In this document: piece by piece, positions 10,309 through 20,531 of the stretch
How the letters are laid out: every line of letters starts with the position of its first letter
Numbering within the stretch: position 1 is the first letter of the stretch
Source: a virus
Direction: 5' to 3' (one strand)
DNA: 64,000 bases
Virus record (IMG/VR): IMGVR_UViG_3300015371_000024
Location: 4,614-68,613 of that record
Made by a program: the position numbers and the translations under genes
Notes under the pieces: generated by a model
The model's database searches: none
The model's input: the letters and a program-made list of their open reading frames with translations, nothing else
What the model was told of the DNA's origin: nothing

Positions 10309-10697
10309 TAATTGACCTTGGAGATCGTGAGCGGTGCCGTGTAGTAGAACTTGTCGCCGGTGGGCGCATAATCCGCGTCACCGACCAAGACCGCAACCCC
10401 GGTCACCGTCGGTGCACTGCCCGACGTCGCGGTGCGCGCGAAGTCGCCGGAGACCGAGATCGGCTTGGGATACTGCGCCGCGGTCCTGAGTGCCGCGAGA
10501 TCATCGAGCGTTGGCAGGTACGCCGTGAAGTTCCACTCATCGACGGGATCGTAGGTCTTCGTGATGAGACCCTTGCCCGAGTGCGCTCGAGACACGTCGA
10601 TCCCGTCCATGATCTTCCGCCACGCCGATCTCCCGGAGTTGGAGATCGCGAGCACCTCCAGGTTCGCGCCGCCGACGTCGATCGTCAGGAATGGCAT
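10308..10697 (-). CDS. Distal tail protein (Dit-like)
   Basis: 129 aa immediately after tape measure; AGGAG RBS. Confidence 0.6.
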   Translation of the reverse strand: MPFLTIDVGGANLEVLAISNSGRSAWRKIMDGIDVSRAHSGKGLITKTYDPVDEWNFTAYLPTLDDLAALRTAAQYPKPISVSGDFARTATSGSAPTVTGVAVLVGDADYAPTGDKFYYTAPLTISKVN

Positions 10698-10708
10698 CGT
10701 CGCTTCTC

Positions 10709-13700
10709 CTAGTTATCGATTCCCGGCAGCGCGGTCGATCCCGTGCGCTGGAACTTCCACGTCCGGAGCTCCTCGATGATCCGCTCCGCGAAGCTCTCGG
10801 AGTCCTCACCCGGAGCCTGTGTCACAATCATATCGCCGGTCCACGTATTCGACACCGAGCCACGCGGGCCGAGCGGTGGCGTCGGGTTGACATCGATCCC
10901 GATCGGTGGCTCCGGAATCGTCGGCGGAATGTCCGGCGGGAGCGTGTTCGGATTGAACGGATCCGCCGACAGGAACCGCACTTGGTTGGTCTTGAACCAG
11001 TCCGGGACGTTCGTGATCGCCGCGTTCGCGTCGTTCACCGTGTCCGTCAGTTGATCGAGGCCGGTCTCAAACCCTTCGATGATCCGAATGAGATCGTCCT
11101 TCCCGAACAGTGCACCGAACGCCTTCGCGTCGAGCGCGCCCGAGAGCAGCGCCTTGGTCATCGCCTGAACGGCCTTCTTGACCGCCGCCGGATCCCCGAG
11201 ATCCACGCCGGCGAAGAACTGCTTGAAGAGCTCGGGCGAGAGCTTCGCGAGGAGCGCCGCTTGGTCCTGGATGATCTGCGCCGGTGTCTGCTCGACGTCG
11301 AAGACGTTGTTGAACAGATCGATCTTCTTCTGCTGGTCATCGATCGTGTTCGCGAACTTGGTCGCCGCCTCCGCCGCGAGATCGATCGCCTGGGCGACCT
11401 GTTCGAATGCCGCGACGATGATCCGGCCACTGGAGTCGAGCAGCGTGATGCCGAACTGCTTGGCGATCTCGTTGATCTCGGCGAACGTCGTCCCGAACTG
11501 CGTGATGACCTTGTTGAACAGGTCGATGCCGATGGCACCGGACTTGGGAAGCGCCGCCGCGGAGAGTGTGCCGGACTGCTGGAGCGCGGCGCGGATCCGT
11601 GTCTGGTCGCCGAGCGCGCCGGTGAAGCCCCGCAGCTGCGAGGACAGGAGCGACAGCTGCTGGTTGTTCGCCTGAAGGATCTTGTCGTGCTCCGTCTGCT
11701 CGGCGCTCCGGCCCGTGAAGGCTTCCACGATCGAGCGCACGACGTTGAACGCGCTCGAGGCGATCCCGATGCCCGCCGAGATGAGCGCGAGCATCTCGGA
11801 GCCTGTCCGACCGACTTGCGAGACATCAACGCCCTTCCGGTCCGCTTCCTCCTTCCGTCGCTTATCGCTCTCCGCCTGAACGCGTTTGAATTCCTGCACG
11901 CTGGCGATCAGCACGCCGGTGGACTGGATCGCGTTCAGGATGTTCTTGTTCGTGATCCCGAACGCATCGGACAACTGACGAATGATCCCGACCAGGAGTC
12001 CGAGCCGGATCAGTCGCCGCGTCCCGCGATCGACCTTCTCGGCGAAGTCCTGTGCCTGACCGCCGGCACGCTTGTACGCCTGGCCGAACTGCTCCATGAT
12101 CTTGGCGATCGCCTCTTTGCTCACGCCCGCGGCCACCAGCGCATCGATGATCGCTTGCCGGAGCCGACCGAGATCCCCGAGCGCGCGGACCATGTTGCGG
12201 TGCCCTTCCTCGGCCTGGACCGGATCGCCGAAGAGTTGGGCGTTCTCCATCTGCGCCTGAGCCGCGTTGATCGCCGCCGCGATCTCCTGAATCTTCGGGA
12301 CCGCGTCCGGGAACATCTGCTCAAAGATGTTCGGCGTGATTTGGTTGATCTCCTTCTGAGTCGCGGCCAGCTTCTGGAGCGACTTCGTCACATCCTCACC
12401 ACGCAGCCGCTGACCGACGATCTTCTCGTTCAGCCGGAACTGGAGATCGTTGAGCTCTTTGAGCAGTCGCTTGCCTTCCTCCATTTTCTCGAGCGGGATG
12501 CCGGTCGAGAGGATCTGACCGCCACCCTGACCGGACTCCTGCAGCGCCTTAATGCGCGCGATGACGTTGTCGATCTTGGCGAACGTCTCGATCGGCACCA
12601 TCGTCTTGAACTGCTCGCGCAGGAGGCCGACGTCCGACAGGAGCGCACGGAGACGCGACTGCAATTCGGCGTCACCCTGCGTGCCGATCTTGGTCAGTGT
12701 CTGCTGCGCCTGTTTCTCTAACTCCGCGAGCGCCGTGAACGCCTCCTGCTGCGAGGCGAAGTCTTCGGTCTTTGACGCGAGTTGCAGCTGCTTCCGGATC
12801 TCCGAGAGCTTGGCCGAGAACTGGTCGAGCTTGTCTTTGCCCTCCGCGGTCTGGATGATCCCCTTCATCGCGCTCGCGAGCTTGTTCGCGCCCGCGATCT
12901 GGATATCGAGGTTCTTGATGATCTTCTGGTTGGCTGGATCGGAGCGCGCCAGGTTGAACTGCTTGAGCAGCACGTTGACGTTGGAGAGCGTCTCGCGGGC
13001 CTTCTCGAGCCCCTCGTTCATCAGATCGATATCGCCCACCTTCCGACCGACCGTGAACGCCTTCGCCGCCTCGGCGCCGGCGGCACGGAGCCGCGAGAGC
13101 TCAAAGACGTTCTGCCGGATCTGCTCGGTCAGGAGACCGGCCTTGGTGTCCGCCTCGATCGCCTTCATCGATGCCGCGAATTCCTTCGCGAACTTGGCCG
13201 CATCCTGCTCCTGCTTCGTGATCTTGACGAGCTCCTCATCGACGCGGGCGATCTCGTCCTGGTAGCGCTTGACCTCCTTCTGGAGCGCCACGAAGTCGTC
13301 GCGCTGCTTCTTGGTGCCGCCCTGCGGGCCGGAGGTGATCGCGGCCACGCCGAGTTGCGAGACCTGCACGGTCGTCTCGACATGCACGCCTTCGGCGAGT
13401 TTCTTCGCGAGTTGGAGTTGCGTCTCGTTGAGCGCCGAGGTGAGCGCGATCTTCGCCGCCTCGAGCCCCTTCTTCGACATCCCGACGATCGCGGCTTCGA
13501 ACGTCTGCGTCTCCTTGCTCGCCTTCTGCGTGGCGACCGTGTACGCGATGATTGCAGCCGTGACGAGCCCGATCGCGATCGCCACCGGACCGCCGATGGC
13601 CGCGATCGCACCGAGGCCGAGCGCGCCGGCGCCCGCAGCGCCGCCAGCCGCCGTCGCGAGACTCGCCGCCAGTGCCGCCGCGCGATAGATGACGAGCGCG

Positions 13701-16700
13701 CGGGTGATGTTGGAGATGAGGAGCAGGAGCGGACCGATCGTCGCCGCAGCGATCGCGAGGCCGACGACCCAATTCCGGGTGTGCTCCGAGAGTCCGACGA
13801 AGGACTCTGCGGCCTTCGTGATCATGACAAGGAAGCGCGTGAGGTAGGGCAAGAGCACGCCGCCGAGCGCGATCCCCGCCTCTTTGAGCCGGGACTGGAA
13901 GAAGAGCAGTTTGACGTTGAAGGTGTCCTGCGACTGCGCGAGCGTCCCCTCGATGAGCCGTGTGCGCTCCATGATGACGAGGTAACCCGCCTGGACCTTC
14001 TGGAGCGTGTTGAGTTGTGCACCGGTCCGGGCGATCCCCTCCCGGTAGGCACGGTCCGCGATCGTGTTGTCATCGATCTCGATCCAGAGCTTCTTCAATT
14101 CGCGCGACTGTCCGACGAGGCCGTTGATCACGGCATTGAACGCACGGTCCGAGGACACGCCCGAGAAGAGCGAGATGTTCTTCGTGACCTTGATGAGGTT
14201 CGTGCTCATCTCGGCCACCTTCTCGCTCGAGAGGCCGATCGGGATGATGAGCTCCCCGAGCCGAGACGCCATCTGCTGCAATTCGGACGACGTCGCCGGG
14301 ATCTCGTTCCGGAGCGCGTTCAGGTTCCGCTGCAGTTGCACCGAGGCGGGACCGAAGGAGATCTGGAGCCGCTTAGCCGACTGCTCGGCGTCACCCGCGA
14401 GCTTGGTCGCACCGACACCCGCCGCCGCGATCGGGAGCGTCACGAACTTGAGGAACGTCGAGCCAATGCTCTTCCCGATGGCCGCGACCCGGGTGAGTGA
14501 AGCGTTGGATCCACTCGACATCGCGGCGTCGAAGTTCTTGAAGAACGTCGTTCCCGCGGTCGTCCCGCCCTCGCCCGTCGTCTTGTCGAGCGTGGTCATG
14601 AGACGCTTGACTTCGCGCTCGGCACCCGCGAGCGCCTTCGCCATCTCCGCCTCGATCGCCGCCGGCGCGGCCACGCCCAAGTTCGTCGCCTTGGGCGTCA
14701 CCACCGACGTCTGTGGCGGGAGCACCGCACGACGGACACGGTCCGCCACGCCCCGCAGCTGACTGAAGAGCCCACCCACGAACGAGGTTCCGGCGTCAAC
14801 GCCGCGCCGCGCGAAGTCCACGACCGGCACCAGGACGTTGTCCCGGATCTTGGCCGATACGCCGCGCACAGCAGTCAGCACGCCACCAGCCAGCGATCGC
14901 CCGATCTGCGCGCCGCGGGCCAAGACGTCGGCCACGTTCCGCGGAACGAGCGCGTCCCGGACCTTGAGGCCCGCGCCCACGACCGAGGCGACCACGCCAC
15001 CAGCCAACGCCACACCGATCGCCGCGCCCGCCGTCGCGACATCTGCAGCCGCCGGCAGAATCGTCTGACTGACCACCCGTCCGGCGCCGACGACAGCCGA
15101 GGTGATCCCCTGCGCGATCCCGCGCCCGATCGCCGTGCCTCGAGCGACTGCGTCACCCACGACCGGCGTAATCGCGTCCCGCACGCGGATCGAGGTACCA
15201 CGGACCGCCGAGAAGACGCCGTCCGCGAGCGCGCGACCAGCGGCGATCCCGCTTCGGGTCATCTCGCCGATCGGAACGACGATCGCGTCCCGGAAGAGAC
15301 CCGCCTCTCTCCGGATGGCTGTGGCGATACCGCCAACGAGGCTTCGACCGATGAGCGTTCCGGTCTGCAGCACCCCTTGCACCGCTGGTACGACGGCATC
15401 CCGGACCCTGTTGCCAACCCCGCGGACAGTCGTAAGTAGTGAGGTTGCGAGAGCGTTCCCGGCCTCGATCCCACGACGCGCCATATCCGCCGCCGGGAGG
15501 AACACGGACTGCTTTAGTCGATCGGTCACGGCGCGCAGCGGCGCGATGATTCCGGCGCCAAGCTGACGTCCGGCCTCGATCCCTCGACGTGCCATCTCGG
15601 TGGCCGGAACCACTACCGACGCCAGGATCCGGTCGCTCACCCCACGGAGGGAGCTCACGACACCCGAGGCGAAGCTCCGCCCGATGTCCACGCCCGTCCG
15701 CGCCGCGTCGGCCACCCGGACGAAGATCGCGTCCCGAACGAAGCTCGAGACGCCACGGACCGCCGTCAGCACGCCGCGGGAGAACCCGAGCCCCATCTGC
15801 GCGCCGCGCGCGGTGGCGTCGGCCACTCGCGGGACGACTGAATCGCGGACGCGCTCGGCAGTGCCACGGGTCGCCGTCGTCACACCGCTGCTGAAGGACC
15901 GTCCCATCTGTACGCCACGCTGTGCAGCGTCGGCCACACGCGGGATCACGGAGTCTCTGACACGGTCCGCGACACCACGCACCGCTGTCACGGCGCCACT
16001 CGCGATCGCAGACCCGATCTGGGCGCCGCGGACGGTCGCCGCCGTCGCCTGTGGGATGATCGCGTTCCTGACTCGCTCGGCAACGCCCCTGACCGCTGAG
16101 ACAGCGCCGGATGCCAGTGAGCGACCGATCTCGATGCCCCGTTGCGCCGCCGTCGTGGCCGCAGGAATGACCGAACCACGGATCCGGTCACCGACCCCTC
16201 GGACCGCCGTGATCGCGCCCACAGCGAGCGAGCGGCCAATCTCTAGACCTCGTGCCGTGGCGTTGCTCACCGTCGGGATGACGGCATCGCGCCCCCGCTG
16301 CGAGACGCCGCGCACGGTCTGCAGCACGCCGGTGACGAGTGACCGCCCGATCTCTAGACCGCGGGCGACCGCGGATGCGACCGGCGGAATGACCGAGCTC
16401 GCGATCCGAGTAGCGACTCCGGCCACCGACGACAGCGCACCGGCGGCGATCGCGCGCCCGATCTCGGCACCCCTCGACGCCGCAGCGGCCACCGGCGGCA
16501 CGATCGCCGCGCGCACGCGATCCGAGACCCCACGGACTGCGGACATGAGGCTCGTCGTGAGCGATCGCCCGATCTCGAGCCCGCGCGCGGTCGCCGCGGC
16601 CACGCGCGGTACGACCGCTTCCCGGATCCGGTCCGCGACTCCGCGGATCGAAGACAGGACGCCGGAGACGAGGTTCCGGCCAATCTCGATCCCGCGAGCC

Positions 16701-18175
16701 GAGGCGTTCGTGATCACCGGCAGGATCGAGCTCCGGACGCGTTCCGCCACGCCGCGCATGGACTCGAGCACACCCGAGGCGACATCGCGCCCGTAGTTCT
16801 GGCCGCGGATGATGGCGTCATCGACCCGTGGCAGGAGCGCGTTCCGGACGCGCTCAGCGGTCCCGCGCACGGCGTTCAGGAAGCCACTCGCGAGGTTCCG
16901 GCCCGCATCAAGCCCGCGCCGCGCCGCGTCGGTAACGCTAGGGATCACCGAGTCGCGGACACGGTCGCGGACGCCGCGCGTGGCGGACACCAGTCCGCTG
17001 ACGAGCGCGCGGCCCGCCTCGATGCCGCGGACTGCGGCAGAAGCGGCAAGCGAAGCCGGAATGAAGAGCGCCGCGCCGGCGCCGCCAGCAATCACGCGAG
17101 CGACGGAGGCGAGCCCCGAGATGAACGCACGACCGACGTCAGCACCACGCCGTGCGGCATTGGCGACCGTCGGAATGATCCGGTCGAGCAAGCGAGTGGC
17201 GTTGCCAGCCGCGGCGACCTGTCGCGCGACAGCCTGAGTCGCGGCGCCGACCACGTCCGTCACGCCTTCGCCGACCCGTGCCCGCTCTTCCTGGATCCCC
17301 TGCTTGAACTGCCGGAACGCCTCGGTCACGCGGTTGCGAGCAGCGCGCGGGTCGAGTCCACCGGCCAGGTCGAGCTTCGTCCGGTTGATCTCCTGCTGGA
17401 GCTTGTTCCGGAGCGTGGCGATCCGGCCTACGGACTCCTGGAACGCCTTCTCCGCCTCGGTGCGCGAGAGACCGACGCCGAACCCACGGGGATCCACCTG
17501 CGATTCCATCGCCTGACGGAGTGCGGGTCGCATCTGCCCGCGGCGTTCCATCTCATCGATCTTCGCCAGGAGCTCAGCGTTCCGGTTGGCGAATGCCTCG
17601 GCACGCCGGAGCGACCGCTCAGCGACCGAGATGCTGCCACGGGCGATCTTGGTGTCGATGTCCTGGAGAGCGCGCGTGGTGCGCGTGTTGAGATCGTTGA
17701 GGAAGTTGTCCGCCAGCTTGACGTTCCGCGCGCCGCGGTCGAGCGCCTGGAACCCTTTGAGACCACCCTTCTCGATGCCCTGCAGTAATTCGTTCTCGAT
17801 CTCTGTGCGGAGCCCGCCGAACGCCTTGATCTGGGACTTGGCGCCCGCGATCGTCGCTTGCATGAGCTCCTGGCCGCGACGACCGAATTCCTCCTTGTCG
17901 ATCGCGCCGGACTTGACCAGATCCTTGAGGGCTTTCTGCTGCTGACGGAACCCGGAGACGATCTGGTCCGACATCTCGCGGGCACGGGCGATCTGCGCTT
18001 CGAACCCGCGGTCGGGTCCGAAGAACCCTTCGGCTGGCTTCAAGGCAGCCATCGCCCTGTTGGCTTTCTCGATCTCCCGCGCAAAGGCATTCACGCCGCG
18101 CGTGGAGTCGGCCAAGGTGGACTTGAGGGATCGGTTCTGTGCTTCGATCTCGACAACCAGTTTGGCGATCGTCAT
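10709..18175 (-). CDS. Tail tape measure protein
   Basis: 2488 aa Ala/Gly-rich helical protein after the TAC pair; N-terminus IAKLVVEI; core VTLPIAAAG; hydrophobic mid segments. Confidence 0.95.
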   Translation of the reverse strand: MTIAKLVVEIEAQNRSLKSTLADSTRGVNAFAREIEKANRAMAALKPAEGFFGPDRGFEAQIARAREMSDQIVSGFRQQQKALKDLVKSGAIDKEEFGRRGQELMQATIAGAKSQIKAFGGLRTEIENELLQGIEKGGLKGFQALDRGARNVKLADNFLNDLNTRTTRALQDIDTKIARGSISVAERSLRRAEAFANRNAELLAKIDEMERRGQMRPALRQAMESQVDPRGFGVGLSRTEAEKAFQESVGRIATLRNKLQQEINRTKLDLAGGLDPRAARNRVTEAFRQFKQGIQEERARVGEGVTDVVGAATQAVARQVAAAGNATRLLDRIIPTVANAARRGADVGRAFISGLASVARVIAGGAGAALFIPASLAASAAVRGIEAGRALVSGLVSATRGVRDRVRDSVIPSVTDAARRGLDAGRNLASGFLNAVRGTAERVRNALLPRVDDAIIRGQNYGRDVASGVLESMRGVAERVRSSILPVITNASARGIEIGRNLVSGVLSSIRGVADRIREAVVPRVAAATARGLEIGRSLTTSLMSAVRGVSDRVRAAIVPPVAAAASRGAEIGRAIAAGALSSVAGVATRIASSVIPPVASAVARGLEIGRSLVTGVLQTVRGVSQRGRDAVIPTVSNATARGLEIGRSLAVGAITAVRGVGDRIRGSVIPAATTAAQRGIEIGRSLASGAVSAVRGVAERVRNAIIPQATAATVRGAQIGSAIASGAVTAVRGVADRVRDSVIPRVADAAQRGVQMGRSFSSGVTTATRGTAERVRDSVVPRVADATARGAQMGLGFSRGVLTAVRGVSSFVRDAIFVRVADAARTGVDIGRSFASGVVSSLRGVSDRILASVVVPATEMARRGIEAGRQLGAGIIAPLRAVTDRLKQSVFLPAADMARRGIEAGNALATSLLTTVRGVGNRVRDAVVPAVQGVLQTGTLIGRSLVGGIATAIRREAGLFRDAIVVPIGEMTRSGIAAGRALADGVFSAVRGTSIRVRDAITPVVGDAVARGTAIGRGIAQGITSAVVGAGRVVSQTILPAAADVATAGAAIGVALAGGVVASVVGAGLKVRDALVPRNVADVLARGAQIGRSLAGGVLTAVRGVSAKIRDNVLVPVVDFARRGVDAGTSFVGGLFSQLRGVADRVRRAVLPPQTSVVTPKATNLGVAAPAAIEAEMAKALAGAEREVKRLMTTLDKTTGEGGTTAGTTFFKNFDAAMSSGSNASLTRVAAIGKSIGSTFLKFVTLPIAAAGVGATKLAGDAEQSAKRLQISFGPASVQLQRNLNALRNEIPATSSELQQMASRLGELIIPIGLSSEKVAEMSTNLIKVTKNISLFSGVSSDRAFNAVINGLVGQSRELKKLWIEIDDNTIADRAYREGIARTGAQLNTLQKVQAGYLVIMERTRLIEGTLAQSQDTFNVKLLFFQSRLKEAGIALGGVLLPYLTRFLVMITKAAESFVGLSEHTRNWVVGLAIAAATIGPLLLLISNITRALVIYRAAALAASLATAAGGAAGAGALGLGAIAAIGGPVAIAIGLVTAAIIAYTVATQKASKETQTFEAAIVGMSKKGLEAAKIALTSALNETQLQLAKKLAEGVHVETTVQVSQLGVAAITSGPQGGTKKQRDDFVALQKEVKRYQDEIARVDEELVKITKQEQDAAKFAKEFAASMKAIEADTKAGLLTEQIRQNVFELSRLRAAGAEAAKAFTVGRKVGDIDLMNEGLEKARETLSNVNVLLKQFNLARSDPANQKIIKNLDIQIAGANKLASAMKGIIQTAEGKDKLDQFSAKLSEIRKQLQLASKTEDFASQQEAFTALAELEKQAQQTLTKIGTQGDAELQSRLRALLSDVGLLREQFKTMVPIETFAKIDNVIARIKALQESGQGGGQILSTGIPLEKMEEGKRLLKELNDLQFRLNEKIVGQRLRGEDVTKSLQKLAATQKEINQITPNIFEQMFPDAVPKIQEIAAAINAAQAQMENAQLFGDPVQAEEGHRNMVRALGDLGRLRQAIIDALVAAGVSKEAIAKIMEQFGQAYKRAGGQAQDFAEKVDRGTRRLIRLGLLVGIIRQLSDAFGITNKNILNAIQSTGVLIASVQEFKRVQAESDKRRKEEADRKGVDVSQVGRTGSEMLALISAGIGIASSAFNVVRSIVEAFTGRSAEQTEHDKILQANNQQLSLLSSQLRGFTGALGDQTRIRAALQQSGTLSAAALPKSGAIGIDLFNKVITQFGTTFAEINEIAKQFGITLLDSSGRIIVAAFEQVAQAIDLAAEAATKFANTIDDQQKKIDLFNNVFDVEQTPAQIIQDQAALLAKLSPELFKQFFAGVDLGDPAAVKKAVQAMTKALLSGALDAKAFGALFGKDDLIRIIEGFETGLDQLTDTVNDANAAITNVPDWFKTNQVRFLSADPFNPNTLPPDIPPTIPEPPIGIDVNPTPPLGPRGSVSNTWTGDMIVTQAPGEDSESFAERIIEELRTWKFQRTGSTALPGIDN
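14730..17155 (-). repeat. About 22 tandem ~37-aa (111-bp) repeats inside tape measure gene (boundaries approximate)
   Basis: Consensus RGxEIGRSLxSGVLxAVRGVADRVRDxVIPxVxxAAx read directly in translation. Confidence 0.9.
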
Positions 18176-18210
18176 CGACTACCTCGAGTCCACCTTGTCA
18201 AAAAGCGGTG

Positions 18211-18594
18211 CTACTTGTGCTTGCCGAACCCCTTCTGGACGACCGGTTCGCGGGGCGCTGAGTCTTCCGCGCGTTGTAAGCCTTCCCCGGGCTTCCGCTT
18301 CATGGCGTCCTTGTACGACAACTCCTTGGCTGCAATGAGGACGTTCACTTCCTCGTCTTCAGGATCCTCACACCGTATGCCGTCGTCTCGCCGCAGTTTC
18401 TGTACGACACCGATGTAGAGATCCTGGTTCTTCTCATACTGCCAATTCTGCTCAACGGCCTCCCACCAGAGGTAGTTGCCCATGCGATCCAGCTGCTGCA
18501 TGGAATACTCGTCAACGACCTCCGGTGGCTGATGGACCCAATCCTTCGCTATCGAACAAATGAGCCGCTCGAGACCGTTGAACCAGAGTTTCCC
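18211..18594 (-). CDS. Tail assembly chaperone, -1 frameshift extension (gpT-like)
   Basis: -1 frame open from slippery site: GKLWFNGLERLICSIAKDWVHQPPEVVDEYSMQQLDR... Confidence 0.85.
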   Translation of the reverse strand, partial: GKLWFNGLERLICSIAKDWVHQPPEVVDEYSMQQLDRMGNYLWWEAVEQNWQYEKNQDLYIGVVQKLRRDDGIRCEDPEDEEVNVLIAAKELSYKDAMKRKPGEGLQRAEDSAPREPVVQKGFGKHK

Positions 18595-19094
18595 TCCGAT
18601 TCCTCTTCATCCTTCGGCTTCTGGTAGAGGTTCCGGATCTCTTCGACCAAGAACTCGGTGACCGAGGCCGGGAAGTTGAGCACGGTCGCCAGATCGTTCT
18701 TCGGGTGCCACATCTGCGCCCCGTCCTTCGTGATCGAGGCCGCGATGATGAGCTTCGCGTCCTGCTCGGACGTATCGACCCGCTGGTCCGCCGCCTTGCC
18801 CTTGATGAGCGACGACTGGATCCGCGAATGCTCGCCGCCGCGGAGCTCCTTGATGATCCACTTGGCGCCCGCCCATTCGGTGTAGGCCGGGAAGGTCAAG
18901 GTCTTCGTCCGCGACGGAATCTTGGTCGCCTTGATCGCGTGGTCGCGACCCATGAACCCGTCGGCGTCCGTCTCGATCTTCGCTTGGCCGTTCGTGGCCG
19001 GTGGCAGCACCGCGCTCCCGACGTTGCCGGCGGCAGTCGAGAACGGTGTGATCGGTGTGACCTTCTCGTCGTTCTTGTTCGATTCGTCTGGCAT
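18549..19094 (-). CDS. Tail assembly chaperone (gpG-like)
   Basis: Between tail tube and tape measure; ends ...EGNSGSTVSSGSFVR with slippery site. Confidence 0.85.
   Translation of the reverse strand: MPDESNKNDEKVTPITPFSTAAGNVGSAVLPPATNGQAKIETDADGFMGRDHAIKATKIPSRTKTLTFPAYTEWAGAKWIIKELRGGEHSRIQSSLIKGKAADQRVDTSEQDAKLIIAASITKDGAQMWHPKNDLATVLNFPASVTEFLVEEIRNLYQKPKDEEESEGNSGSTVSSGSFVR
18588..18594 (-). promoter_or_regulatory. -1 programmed ribosomal frameshift heptamer G GGA AAC
   Basis: XXXYYYZ in correct phase near the end of the gpG-like ORF. Confidence 0.88.
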
Positions 19095-19189
19095 CGTTCG
19101 ATTCCCCGCTAGGGTGAGAAGTGGTGAGGTGAACACTGGCCGGTTCCGGCCCTAGCCCGTGGCCGACCAGTGCTCCCCGAGCCCATTCC

Positions 19190-19624
19190 TTACGGAATGT
19201 CCTCTCGCTCGGTGAGGGCGTTGAAGTCGTAGCTGATTTCCTGCAGCCCTTCAGGCGCTGCAGACTCTCGGATGGAACCAACCCGTCCGATCAGCTGCCA
19301 ACCGTTGGTGCCATCGCGCAGCACCTGGATGGCGATCACATCGTCCGCGGCTTCCGCCGTGTCGAGGATCCCCTGACCCGTGTCGCCCACGGACTTGAAG
19401 CCCGAGATCGTCAGGGTCTGTTCCCGTACTCCCGGAATCGAATACTGCACGCTGCGACCGAACACGGCGACGTTCGTCGTCGGTCGGTTGGCGTTGTAAT
19501 CGACCCGGTTCATGTCGGACACCGGTGAGAACGTACCAGGCGTGTAGACCCCGCCCACCGGTCCCGTGGTGGTCGCAGCTTTGATGATGAGCTCCGACCC
19601 CATGATCACTGTGCCGAGTGCCAT
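19190..19624 (-). CDS. Major tail tube protein
   Basis: 144 aa upstream of TAC; beta-rich; AGGAG RBS. Confidence 0.8.
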   Translation of the reverse strand: MALGTVIMGSELIIKAATTTGPVGGVYTPGTFSPVSDMNRVDYNANRPTTNVAVFGRSVQYSIPGVREQTLTISGFKSVGDTGQGILDTAEAADDVIAIQVLRDGTNGWQLIGRVGSIRESAAPEGLQEISYDFNALTEREDIP

Positions 19625-19742
19625 TAGAGGCTCTCCTGAACCGTCGTCTGCTGACTCGGCAACCCTGTGCGGTCAGCATTTTCGCGCATCGCGGTTCTGG
19701 CATAACTGCTATGGCTCGGTCACCCCGGACCGGTCGAGATGA

Positions 19743-19784
19743 GAATAGCGCAGACTGTTGCATCGATGCAACACCCTGCGCTAT
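19743..19784 (-). promoter_or_regulatory. Promoter-like TTGCAT-N18-TATTCT inside an inverted repeat, upstream of tail tube
   Basis: ATAGCGCAG..TGTTGCATCGATGCAACA..CTGCGCTAT. Confidence 0.5.
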
Positions 19785-19811
19785 CCCAATGACCGTGATT
19801 TTTACTTCGTG

Positions 19812-20153
19812 CTACTTCTTGCCGCGCTTCGTCGCCGCCGGAGTCGCGCCCTCGCCATCCGTCGCGCCAGCCTTCGCCGCTGCGCGCTCTGCCTCGAGCC
19901 GCTCCCTTTTCTCGGCCTTGCGGCGCTCGATGTAGTCGTCCGCCTCGGCGTTGGCCGGATCGCCGGCGTCCGCACGACGACCGGACACCTTCTGCGTGTG
20001 GATGGGATTCCCACCCGCGCCGGTCGTGCCGTTCGTGCCACCCGCGCCAGCCGGTACGGCAGCGCCGCCCGCTCCGACAGGGGTTGCCGCGCCGCCAGCA
20101 CCCGCTGGTGTGGCCGGACCGGACGTTCCGCCTGAACCTGCTGACGTACCCAT
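19812..20153 (-). CDS. Low-complexity Gly/Ala/Thr-rich hypothetical protein
   Basis: AGGAGG RBS; PAGAGG repeats then charged helix. Confidence 0.7.
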   Translation of the reverse strand: MGTSAGSGGTSGPATPAGAGGAATPVGAGGAAVPAGAGGTNGTTGAGGNPIHTQKVSGRRADAGDPANAEADDYIERRKAEKRERLEAERAAAKAGATDGEGATPAATKRGKK

Positions 20154-20162
20154 GTGGCCTCC

Positions 20163-20531
20163 TTAGCCCTGTGGTTTGGTGACGAACCCTTGCTCGTCAA
20201 CCGGTGGTGGACTGGAGGAAAATGTGGGCCTCTGGCGCTGAAAGTCCACCTCCTCCGGCGTCGGGCCTTGACCGAACGCCGCCATCCGTGCCCGCTGCAT
20301 GAGCGCCATCGCCCCGAGCACGGTCCGCAACTGCGCGCCGAGCGACACGCACGCCTGGCCGAAGAGCGCCTCGGCGTCTACGAGATCCTGTGCCGGTTGG
20401 AACTGGCTCGGTCGTGGCGCCGGTGTGCTGTACGTGTTCGCTTGATTCCGCCCGAACGCCAGCGGCTGACCGTGCTTCTTCGCCTCCGCGAGCGCGGCGA
20501 GCTCGCGGTCGATCTCCGGGTTGCTTGGCAT
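20163..20531 (-). CDS. Hypothetical protein (MPSNPEIDRELAAL...)
   Basis: Start overlaps upstream TAA (TAATG). Confidence 0.65.
   Translation of the reverse strand: MPSNPEIDRELAALAEAKKHGQPLAFGRNQANTYSTPAPRPSQFQPAQDLVDAEALFGQACVSLGAQLRTVLGAMALMQRARMAAFGQGPTPEEVDFQRQRPTFSSSPPPVDEQGFVTKPQG

Noticed and set aside
14730-17155. Tape measure repeats as a DGR template/variable repeat
   Set aside because: In-frame coding repeats with general divergence; no reverse transcriptase in the window.
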